DNA from: Camelus ferus
Lineage: Eukaryota
Assembly: GCF_009834535.1 (NCBI RefSeq)
Contig: NC_045696.1
Coordinates: 57,042,001-57,106,000 of the forward strand
Direction of reading: 5' to 3'
DNA: 64,000 nucleotides
In this document: positions 53,182 to 64,000 of the stretch, piece by piece
Layout: the number at the start of each line of letters is the position of its first letter
Numbering within the stretch: position 1 is the first letter of the stretch
The notes under the pieces: model-generated
Database searches by the model: none
Seen by the model: the letters and a program-made list of their open reading frames with translations, nothing else
Told to the model about the DNA's origin: nothing
Translations under genes and position numbers: made by a program

Positions 53182-53461
53182 CAGTAGTCCCTTGGTATAT
53201 GTCAGGGGATTGGCTCCAGGACTCTATACAGGTACCAAAATCTGTGTATGCTTAAGTCCCATAGTAATCCTTCTATATCTGTGGGTTTCATATCCACAGA
53301 TTCAACCAGCTAAGGATCATATGTTAGAGTTTGTGATCCGCAGCTGAATCCATGAATGTGGAACTAAAGGATACAGGGGGCTGACTGTGTATTTACTGAA
53401 AAAAAATCTGCATGTAAGTGGACCTGCACAGCTCAAACCTATGTTGTTGAAGGGTCAACTG
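53182..53461 (+). mobile_element. MER2-like Tigger MITE inside an old L1
   Basis: cagtagtcccttggtatatgtcaggggattggctccaggac ... gttgttgaagggtcaactg, TA on both sides. Confidence 0.8.
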
Positions 53462-54347
53462 TATTTTATTTCTATCAGTAAATACCTAGGATTGGAATCA
53501 CAGGGTAATGGGCTAGGTGTATGTTTAATTTTTATTAAAAAATACTAAAAATTTTTTCAAAGTTATTATACAGTTTACATTACAACCAGCAATATGTGAA
53601 CATTCAGTTGTTCTAAATCCTCACCAATAAATTTGGTGTTGTAAGTCTCTTAATTAGCCTTTCCAAAGGGTGTAACTCATGATGTTGAGCACTGTTTTCA
53701 TATGTTGATCATTTATATATCTTCCCTTACGGACATTGTGTTCAAATCTTTTACCCATTATTTTTTCTTTTTATTATTGAATGCAGAAGTTTTTAAAAAT
53801 TAATTCTCTATTCGTCTCTTTGTTAGTGTAGGTATTGCTAGTATTTTCCTCCAATCTGTGACTTACCTGTTTTTAATGGTACCTTTTTATAAGCAGATTT
53901 TAATTTTGAAGCAGCGTAAGTTATCCATTTTTTCTTTTATGTTTATTGTTTTTTGTGTTCTAAGAAATCTTTGTCTACCTCAAGTTCTTTTTTTTAACTA
54001 GAAGTTTTATAACTGTAGCATTTATGTTTAGGTCTATGATCAATCTCCAATTAATTTTAAGTTGGTTTCTTTTTTGTTCCACATATATTTAGCTGTTCCA
54101 ATATCATTTGATAAAAAGATCCTCTGTTTTCCATTGAATTCTTTTCACATGGTTGTCAAAAAATCAAGTGTGGGTCTATTTCTGGAATCTCTACTCCATT
54201 AAACTATTTTTCTTCCTACACCCATATCACACTGTCTTAATATGGCTTTGTAGTAAGTCTTGCAGTCAGTTATTGGGTAATATAAGTCCTTTGAATTTGT
54301 TATACTTTTTCAGAATTGTTCTGGTTATTCTAGGTCTTTTGAATTTC

Positions 54348-54989
54348 TGTCAGGAAACACAGCTGCTTGGAGAGCTGAGCTCTTTAGGTGTCAGAGTAGC
54401 TGCTTAAAACAATGAGCCAAAATGAAGACTTCAATCAATTACTTTAATGGTGTAAGCAAGAAACAAAACTGGAAAAAACACCAACTTCCCCCTGTTCTAT
54501 TTTCCCCCCATGGAACAGCACGTCAGTTGAGAGTCAGGTGGATCAGCACAAGCATAGAGGACTTCTCGCTGTTGGGGTTGTCCCAAACAAAAGATTCTGA
54601 CAATTGAGGTCAGAGGAGAGGGCAAAGGGGGAGGACTAGGGGTGGAAGAAATCTAGGTACAGAGTTAGAGTGTGGAAAAGAATATTCAGAGTACTGCCTA
54701 CTTCCCCAGTTAGGAGACCTCAGTAGAGGCATGTGAAGACTTCTGCATAGGCCTCAGAAAAAAAGAGACTTAAAAATGAAGGCACTTGACCTAGGGATGC
54801 AAATGGGCATAAGAATATGACCTGCCAGAGGGACCTGAATCCCTTCAGAGATTCCAGTGCATTGGCACTAGGTCTGGTCTTGGGATGGCAACTTTCCTTT
54901 GAGAGGCCTACCAGGTAAAGTCTTTGTAATTGCCTATGGTCAGACTGTAAAATCACACAAAAGTTTTTAGCCGGCAGCTAGACTCCTCA
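54348..54989 (-). mobile_element. 642-bp solo LTR, family not recognised
   Basis: TG...CA termini; atttc (54343-54347) and agttc (54990-54994) as a 5-bp TSD with one mismatch; ATTAAA on the minus strand near the left end. Confidence 0.75.
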
Positions 54990-55172
54990 AGTTCCATATG
55001 CATTTTAGAATCAGCTTGGCAATTTCATTCAAAAAAGCTTGTGAGGATTATCATTCAGGTTTTGTTGAATCCATGAAAAATTTAGGGGGAAATTGGCATG
55101 CTGATATTATTGAGTCTTCCCATCTTACCAACATGGTTTAACATTCCACTTATTTGGCATCTTTAATTTCTC

Positions 55173-55247
55173 TCAAGTAGACTGTTATTGCATATACTTT
55201 GTTAAATTTTTCAAGTAGACTGTTATTGCATATACTTTGTTAAATTT
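55173..55247. repeat. Perfect tandem duplication, period 38
   Basis: tcaagtagactgttattgcatatactttgttaaattt at 55173 and 55211. Confidence 0.95.
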
Positions 55248-55292
55248 ATTTCAAAGTATTCCATATAAGTTGATACTATTGCAAATGGTATT

Positions 55293-57438
55293 TGTTTTTT
55301 ATTTTATTTTTAAAATGTTTTTTATTGAAGTATAGTCAGTTTACAATGTTGTGTCAATTTCTGGTGTACAGCACACTACTTCAGTCATATAGGAACATAC
55401 ATATATTTGTTTTCATATTTTTAACCATAAGTTACTAAAAGATACTGAATATAGTTCCCTGTGCTATACAGTAGACACTTGTTTACCTATTTTATATATA
55501 GTAGTTAGTATGTGCAAATCTCAATCTCCCAATTTATCCCTTCCCCCCCTCTTCTCCGCCCCCAGTAACCATGTTTGTTTTCTATGTCTGTGAGTCTGTT
55601 TCTGTATTTAGATAAGTTTGTCTTTTTTTTTAACATCTTGTATTGAGTTATAGTCATCTTACAATCTTGTATCAAATTCCAGTGTAGAGCATAATTTTTC
55701 AGTTATACATGAACATACATACATACATTCATTATCACTTTTTTTTTTTTGCTGTGAGCTACCACAAGACCTTGTATATATTTCCCTGTGCTATACAGTA
55801 TAATCTTTATCTATTCTGCTTATGCCTGTCAGTATCTACAAATTTTGAAATCCCAGTCTGTCCCTTCCCACCCCGCTCCCCCTTGGCAACTACAAGTTTG
55901 TATTCTATGTCTGTGAGTCTGTTTCTGTTTTGTATTTATATTCTTTTTTCTCTTTTTTTAGATTCTGCATATAGTGATATCATATGGTATTTTTCTTTCT
56001 CTTTCTGGCTCACTTCACTTAGAATGACATTCTCCAGGTCCATCCATGTTGCTGCAAATGGCATTATTTTATTGTTTTTTTATGGCTGAGTAGTATTCCA
56101 TTGTATAAATATACCACAACTTTATCCAGTCATCTGTTAATGGACATTTAGGTTGTTTCCATGTCTTGGCTATTGTAAATTGTACTGCTATGAATATAGG
56201 GGTGCATGCGTCTTTTTGAATTAAGATTCCCTCTGGATATATGCCCAGGAGTGGGATTGCTGGATCATATGATAAGTCTATTTTTAGTGTTTTGAGGACT
56301 CTCCCTACTGTTTTCCATAACGGATACACCAAACTACATTCCCACCAGCAGTGTAGGAGGGTTCCCTTTTCTCCACAGCATTTATCTTTTGTGGACTTTT
56401 GAATGATGGCCATTCTGATTGATGTGATGATACCTCACTGTAGTTTTGATTTGCATTTCTCTGATAATTAGTGATATTGAGCATTTTTTCATGTGCCTAT
56501 TGGCCATTCGTATGTCTTCGTTGGAGAATTGCTTGTTTAGGTCTTCTTCCCATTTTTGGATTGGATTGTTTTTTTCTTATTGAGTTGTATGAGCTGTTTA
56601 TATATTCTGGAAATCAAACGCTTGTCATCTCATCTTTTGCAGATATTTTCTCCCATTCTGTAGGTTGTCTTTTTGTTTTGCTTATGGTATCCTTTGCTGT
56701 GCAAAAGTTTATAAGTTTAATTACATCCCATTTGTTTATTTTTGCTTTTATTTCTATTGCTTGGGTAGATTTCCCTAGGAAAACATTTCTGAGATTTATG
56801 TCAGATAATGTTTTGCCTATATTTTCTTCTGAGAGGTTTATAGTGTCTTGTCTTATGTTTAAGTCTTTAAGCCATTTTGAGTTTTATGGGGGTCCCAGGC
56901 TGTTCTATTCTGCACACACCCCAGGCCAGAGCTCACACTGCTTTCCAGTCCCAAGGCTGCCTCTGGGCAGTGGGCTCCAGCTCTCTGCCTGCGCTTCTCA
57001 CCAATCTCCAGCAGCCAGTCTTGGCTGGTCCCTGCTGGACTAGTCCCTCGCATCTAGGGCCGGGGATCGCAGGGACCGTCGGTGTCAGTTTCCCTTAGTT
57101 CTGTCTGCCAAGCAGTTGCCACTTTCTCCTTGGAGCCTCAGAAGCTCTGCTTCTGTCCCCGCTGACCTCCCGGCTACAGAGCAGGAGTCCCAGTGGGAGG
57201 GTGCCTTTCTTCCTATGCCGCTCATTCCCTGCAGGACCAGTCTTGCACCGATTTTTTCTTTTTTTTTTTTTTTTCTGACCGGATTTTGTGAGAAGCTTCC
57301 TGTATTTTGAAATGAAAGACACTCTGCCAGAGGTCAGTAGGTGTTCTGGGCGATTCAGTGGGTTTGTAGATGTAATCCTTGGTGTATTTGTGGGAAAGGG
57401 CAAGCTATGAGTCTCTACTCTGTCATCTTGGCTCCTTC
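55293..57438 (-). mobile_element. Young L1 with 5' UTR fused to ORF2 3' end and two tandem 3' UTRs
   Basis: Minus strand starts ggagccaagatgacagagtag; ORF 56069-56413 is the ORF2p C-terminus; tggtatt at 55286-55292 and 57439-57445 beside a TTTT/AAAA site. Confidence 0.87.
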
Positions 57439-60400
57439 TGGTATTATTTTAAAATTCATTTTCTAATTGTTCACTGCTGGTATTTAGAAACATTAGTGTT
57501 TTTCTACATTGAACTTGTATCCTATAGCCATGTTAATTTACTTATTGAACTAGGACTTGCATGTGGTTCCCTAAAGATTTTCTATATAGATAATTTTGTC
57601 TCTATGAATAGAAATCAATTCTACTTTAGGCTTTCCACTGTTTGTCTTTTATTTATTTTTCTTTATTGCACTGGTTAGGACCCTTGAGTAGACATGGTTA
57701 GAATGCACACTTTGCTTTACTCCCAATGTCAGGGAACAGTATTCAATATTTCACTATTAAGAATATAATTAGCTGTAGATTTGTCAAAGACTCCTTTTAA
57801 TCGTAATTTGCTGAAGAATTTTATCATGAGTGGCTTATGGATCCAGTCAGATTCTTTCATTGTATCAGTTAAGATGACTGTATTGTTTTCTCTCTTATTT
57901 TGTCACTTTGGTGAATTACACTGACTAATTTTCAAATAATATACTATTGTTGCATTGCTGGAATAAATCCCAGTTGGTCATAATGTGTTAGGATTTTAAT
58001 ATGTTGCTCCATTTGCTATGGCAATGTATTGCTAATGATTTCTTGGATTTTTTTTTGATGAGGAATGTTAATTTTTAATTTTCTTTTTCTGTAATGTCTT
58101 TGTCAGGTTTTTATATCAAGATTTTTTAGGCCCCATAAAATGAACTGAAAAGTGTTCTTGCCTCTTCTGTTTTTAGAAAAGTTTGAATAAGATTGATATT
58201 ATTTCTCTCCTATGTGTTTGAATTAACCAGGAAAGCCACGTGGGCCTAGAGTTTTCTTTGTGGGAAGGTTTTAAATTACAATTTCAATTTTTAAAATAGA
58301 CATAAGGCTATTCAGATTTTCTCTTTTTTTCTGATTATAATATGTAATTGTATTGTCTTCTTGAAATCAGTTTAACAATACTATAAAACTCCATGTGTCC
58401 TTTTGAAAATTTTTATTTGAATGAGAGATACTTTAAATTCTATAGTGCTTTACAATTTTCAAAAGTTTCATACACATGATTTCATATAATCCTATAATAA
58501 CCCTTTTATTAACCCCCTACCCCTATGTTGCCCCTCCCTTCTTCCCTCTCCCCATTGGTAACCACAGTTTGTTCTCTTTATCTGTGAGTCTGCTTTTTTT
58601 TTTAATCCACTATTTTATTGTATTTTTTAGATTTCACACATAAGTGATATCATACAGTATTTGTCTTTCTCTGTCTGACTTACTTCACTTATCATAATGC
58701 CCTCCAAGTCCATCCATATTGCTGCAAATGGCAAAATTTCATTGTCAACACTGATATTGTCAATCTTTTCAATTTTATCTCCTCTGATGGATTCAGTGGT
58801 ATCTAAATGTGGTTTTAATTCACATATTCCTGGTAACTAATGATGTTCAGCATCTTTTAAGTGCTTATTTCACACTTGTGCATCTTTGATAAAATGTCTG
58901 GTCAAATCTTCTATTTTTTTAGTCAAGTTGCCTTATTATGAGAGTTCTATGAATATTTTGAGTAAGATATGTATTTTCCAAATGTTTTCTCTCAGTCCAT
59001 GGCTTGCATTTTCATTTTGTTAATGGTATCTCTTGTAGAGCAAAACAGTTTAATTTGGGTATCATGCATTACCAATTTATTTTATTGTTTGTGCTTTTCA
59101 TGTCCTGTTAAAACTGTTGCCTAACCCAGGATTACTATGATTTTCTCCTGAACCATTTTAATTTGGTTTTATGGAGGGTAAAAGTTAAGGTTCAATATTT
59201 TACTTATGGGAATCTAATTGTTTTTACCATCATTTACTGAAAAGATTATCTTTCCTCTGAATTACCATAGCACTTTTGTCAAGTATTAATTGGTCATTTA
59301 TATGTGAGTTTGTTTGTAGCTATTCTTCTGTTCCACTAATATTTATGTTCATCTTTACTTTAATATTAGCTTGTCATGATTCCTGTAGCTTTAGAGTAGG
59401 TCTTAAAATTATATAGTGTATATCCTCAAACTTTATTTTTCAAAACTCTTTGGGCTATTCTAGATCATTGCTTTTTCATACATATTATAGAATTATGTTT
59501 TCAATTTCTTAAAAATTCTGCTGGGATTTTGTTTGGAATTGCTTTGACTTTGTAGGTCAATTTGGGGAAAATTAACAATATTAAGTGTCTTCTGACCATT
59601 GATCAAGATATATTTAGGGCTTCCTTAATTTCCCTCAACAATTATAATTTTCAGTATACATGTTTTCCACATGTGTTGTTAAACATGCCTATTTCATAAT
59701 TTTGATTCTTTTATGAATATTGGAGAGTTCTATAAATTTCAATGTAGTCAAGGACGTTGATAGTGTTGTTCAAAACTTCTATATCCTTACTATTTTTGTC
59801 TAAATTGCAGCTTAATTGGAATATTTAGATCACTGACATTAATGTGATTATCCCTATTGTTGGGTTGAATGCAAACATTTTCCTATTTTCTATTTGTCTC
59901 ATTTGTTCTCACCTTTTTTGAAATGTGCATGTTTTAATGATTCTATTTTATCTCCTATTGTCTTATTTTTAAAATTTTAATTAGAAAATTTTAGTTTGCT
60001 TCATGCTATATACATATATATGTGTGTGTGTGTGTACACACACACACACAAACATACACACACACGTATATCTTTAACTTATCAAATTCTCACAGTGTAT
60101 GTGAAATGGTACAATGCTGTTTAACAGTATACTTCTATTCCTTCTCCTGTTTTTAGTACTACTGTTGTCATGTATTTTATTTCTATAAATGTTATAAACC
60201 CCACAGTACATTGCTATTTTCACTTTAAATGACCAATTATTTTTTGAATAAGTAAGTCTTTAATATTAACCCACATATTTACCATTTATGGTGCTCTTCA
60301 TTACTTAGTGTAGATCAATATTTCTATCTGGAATCATTTTTCTTCTGCCTGAAGGACTACCTTTACTTTTTCTTGTACTACAGGCCTCCTAGTGATGAAT

Positions 60401-61870
60401 TCCCTCACCTTTATTCATGTGTAAAAATCTGTATTTTGCCATTTGAAAAATATGTGCTGAGTATAGAATTTTAATTTGTCCCATTATTATCATTTGTTGC
60501 TTTGTAAATGTCATAGCATCGTCTTTAGGTTTGTGTAGTTTCTGATGAGTAGATTTCATCATTCTTATTTTTGCCTCTGGGTAGGAAATGTATATTTTCT
60601 CTCCAGCTGCTTTTAATATTTTCTATGACTAGTTTTCAGCAATGTGATTATGATGCTTGTATTTTTCTTCATGTTTATTCTGCTTGGATCTCTAGGTTTA
60701 TTATTATCATCAGGTTTGGCTATCATTTTGCTATTTTGGTGGGCATTTCTTGAAATATGTTTTCTGCTGATCTTTCTTTCCAAAACTCCGATTACATTTA
60801 TTCTAGACTGCTCAATTTTTCCCAGGGGTCAGTGGGGTTTTTTTTTTTTTTCCTGTCAAGTTCCATTTTGGAGATTTTCTATTGTCATTTATTCAAGTTC
60901 ACTATTCTTCTCTGCTACAATGTATAATATTCAGATAAAAATATCTGAAATGATAAATTATGTCTACAAATTTGATTTGAGTGTTTTTATATCTTCCATT
61001 TCTCACTTTATCACATTCATGTTTTCCTCAACCTTCTTGAATATCTGGAATGTAGTTTACAAAGCATTTTTAATATCTTCTCTGCTAATTTTATCATCTG
61101 TTTCATTTTTAGGTACAGTTCTGTTGTTTAATTTTTTTCCACTGGTTGTTGGTCTTTTTTCCTGACTCTTTATAGTCCTACTACTTTTCATATAGTGAAC
61201 AATGTGAATTTTACATTTATGGTGGCATTTTGTTGGATTCTTTTCATTAGATGTTTTTCTCAAAGACAGTTATGTTACTTAATCATTGTTTTTAAGAAAA
61301 GCCTTTATGGCTAATTTGTTCCCACTACTGAAGTAACACCCTTCTATCTGCTATCCCATGTAGTGGGAGATCTCAGCAGTTTGGCTGGTAGTGACATGAA
61401 ATAGCCTTAGCCTTGCGTGAGCTTTGGGAACTGTTCTGCTTTATCTTTTTGGTGGTTTGTTCCCAAGCCTGAGATATTTTACTCACATGGATGCACAGAT
61501 TGAGACAAAATCTCAAGAGGACCATTCCATAAATCTCTGGTATATTCTGTCTGTACAGCTGTCTTCTCTCTAGTATTTTGCCTCAAATTCTAACTGCTTT
61601 TGCAGCATCAGATCTCTGGCTCCTCAGTTCAGTGAGACTACTGATCGCTCCTTGAGTTTCCTGTGCTCAAGCCTGGGAAATCTCTCTAATCACCAAGCTA
61701 GAATACTTAGTATAAACTAGAATAACTAAAGTTTACTTAATTGTTATCCCTTTCAGATCTTATTTTGCGGTGCTTGTTGACTAATATGTTAATACTGTTG
61801 TTTAATATATTTTGTCTAGCTTTCTAATTGTTTAAGGTAGGAGATTAAATCCAGTATCCTTACTATTCAA
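57439..61870 (-). mobile_element. Stack of old antisense L1 fragments, including a younger 3' end at ~58405-58745
   Basis: T-rich reverse-complement L1 DNA throughout; internal boundaries not resolved. Confidence 0.65.
60021..60050. repeat. Perfect 30-bp palindrome (TG)7TA(CA)7
   Basis: Read directly. Confidence 0.93.
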
Positions 61871-63287
61871 CAGCCACTGCCTGAGCTCCCTAAACCTAAG
61901 CTATAACTTTTTCCAGTGTTTTTATTTTTGATTCAAAAATAATTATTTTGGTTGGTGTCAGACATTCTAGTTACCTATTTTTTTTCTTTTCTCAGTATTG
62001 CATTTTGGAACTCTTTTAAAACATAATTACTTCTGCTTACAGATATGATTTTAAAGTTTAGAGATTAAGTTTCCATAATATGTGATATATTAAGATCAAT
62101 TCTACTTTTGTGTGGAAAATTTTCAAAGTACTTTAGTAACATTTCTGATTTGATGCTCATAAAAGCCCTATGAATTAGAAAAATCTAGTATTATAACTCT
62201 CATCATCAAGTAAATAAACTAAGGTCTAGCAAGATTCATTAATTTTTCTCAGTCATATAACCTGTAAATAATGAGATGGGATCTTCTGACTTTTATGACA
62301 ATGTTTTTTCCAGTTTCCAGAGTCTGTCTTACTGGAAGATGTAAAATTTTACGTAAAATAGCAAAACACCTAGTATGGTCGAAACTTTATTTTAACTTTG
62401 TGTGAAGAAGGCAGTGTGGTGGAGTGGAAAGAACTAGATTGAGAGTGAGCAAATGATCTGTGAGCCAGATTTAATCTAAGTTCCGTAATAAAAAACAACA
62501 TGGAACTTGTATAAAATAAACAAAACAACTTTCATGAAACTAGTATATATTTAGTTTAGGAAGCAAAAAGCATAGAGTTACAATTGTTCAGCTAGAGGGC
62601 ATGTTGTAAATGGAGAAAAAAGTTAGCTCAGTGTATGCCACTGGTTAAGGTGACCAAAATGCCTGCTCAGGAGAGTGGTTTTTATTTTTTAGGAGATTTA
62701 ATTAAGAAATAAATGGTCTTTGTATTTTAATAAGTGGGACAAAATAAAGAACCAAAGATTGAGAAATTTTTAATTTTTATAAATGAAAGTTCTATCTATA
62801 TGCATATCTATTATGGTATCAAAACCTTAGATATATGAAGTTAATTTTGATGTAAATTTTTGCGTTAATATAATTTTATTTGAAAAAGGCATCTAATTGC
62901 ATCTACTTAAGCATCTGTAGCTATTAAAGTATGACATTTCTTGACCTATTTCCTGCCTTGTAGTAAAAAGATTTTATATAATTCTCCTGTAAAAACATAA
63001 AAAAAACAAGTTAAAGAGCAGATTGAGTGCTCACATGATGAGTACTTACATGATAAAATTTATGAGAAAATATGGTTGCAGGTCATTTCTGGTTTTTGCA
63101 GCAGACATGGCTAGTATACAAGGTTAACCTATCCTATGTAAAGACACGATATCCTGACTTTACACCAGTCACTCCCTTACCTCCCCAGCCTTAAAGCATT
63201 ACTTTCCAAAATCATATTTTTAACTCAAAGATTAAAAATAATAATGGCTGGTATGATACATTTAGTTGCATTTTTTTTTTCTCTCAG

Positions 63288-63439
63288 AGTTGCATTTGGG
63301 AACTGCAATGGGTTGGCTGTGGTGGATTTTATACAGAAGACAGTTCTGTTAAGCATGGGGACCATTGACCTATATAGATCAAGTGACCTATACCAACGAC
63401 AACCACGGTCTCCTCGAAAAAACAAGCAGTTCATTGCAG
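63288..63439 (+). CDS. STXBP5L: STXBP5L coding exon I, 152 nt (approx. human exon 19)
   Basis: ctctcag| ... |gtagga; encodes (I)VAFGNCNGLAVVDFIQKTVLLSMGTIDLYRSSDLYQRQPRSPRKNKQFIA(D). Confidence 0.96.
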
Positions 63440-64000
63440 GTAGGAGATAAAACAAGACGGTTTTGAGCTTGGTTAGCTCTCCTGTTTTCTTACCTTTAGA
63501 TTTCTTGTCTTTCTTCTGTGATGCCATTCAAATGTATAGCGTTGTAAAGTCAACAAATTTACAATACCATGTAAGTAAGTTTGGACAGAAACATAGTAAG
63601 AATCTTTGAAAGGGTAAAGAAGTGGTTTAAACTTCAGTTTGCTGTTAGGAAACATCTCAAGTTTAAGTTGAATTCCTAAGAAATAACAAAATAAGAAGCT
63701 ATTAAATATAAAAATGCTAAGAAAATCAGGCTCTTTGGTTAAAAGACCTTCTTGCAATGGTTATGTAAAACAGGATAATTTTCTTCTAATATAACTTTAA
63801 AAATATAACTTAAGGTCATTCACTACTTTTTTAAAATTATCTCCATTTTTTTAGCTGTCACCTTTCCTCATTAGATGGTGACTTTCTTAGAGGCATTTTT
63901 ACAAAATGCAGTAAACATTATTCATTAACATTTTAAATTGCTATAAAAGATAATTTTTCCTGACAGGACCAATTATAAAAGAAAAATATATAACATTATT

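Larger units (their letters stand above)
53464..55292 (-). mobile_element. Old L1 ORF2/3' fragment hosting an LTR; resumes at 57439
   Basis: Reverse-complement ORF2-like DNA that reads continuously once the insertions are removed. Confidence 0.72.

Noticed and set aside
56471..57043. 190-aa + strand ORF
   Set aside because: Antisense reading of L1 ORF2 and 5' UTR; no independent evidence of coding.
60644..61165. 173-aa hydrophobic ORF resembling a membrane protein
   Set aside because: T-rich antisense of old L1 gives Phe/Leu/Ile-rich chance ORFs.
5894..63439. Paralog STXBP5 or LLGL, or a pseudogene
   Set aside because: Peptides match tomosyn-2 as recalled, and all nine exons are intact and in phase.
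63225..63527. 100-aa minus-strand ORF
   Set aside because: Antisense shadow of STXBP5L exon I; no recognisable product.
1..64000. CRISPR arrays, tRNA/rRNA genes or prokaryotic-type systems
   Set aside because: None seen; the window is mammalian exon/intron sequence.

Overview
AT-rich mammalian genomic DNA covering nine consecutive internal coding exons of STXBP5L (tomosyn-2, WD40 region) on the + strand. The exons total 1,154 nt and splice in phase with GT-AG boundaries and no stop; they probably match human exons 11-19 (numbering from memory). The rest is intron packed with LINE-1 of several ages, plus MIR/L2 relics, solo LTRs and DNA-transposon MITEs. Cetartiodactyl-type L1 3' ends with no recognisable Bov-A/tA, PRE1, CHR or Alu SINEs suggest a camelid (inference). 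No novel protein-coding system is evident; most listed ORFs are L1 debris or chance. The best leads are structural: (1) a ~340-nt intronic fold-back whose left arm holds a perfect cryptic CAG|GTAAGT donor and whose right arm matches the U1 snRNA 5' end; (2) an inverted pair of young L1s around a 558-nt, stop-free, frame-symmetric four-exon block (candidate circRNA); (3) two TSD-bounded L1s that keep both ends but lack the middle; (4) an orphan 77-bp copy of one of their 5' UTRs 2.15 kb away.
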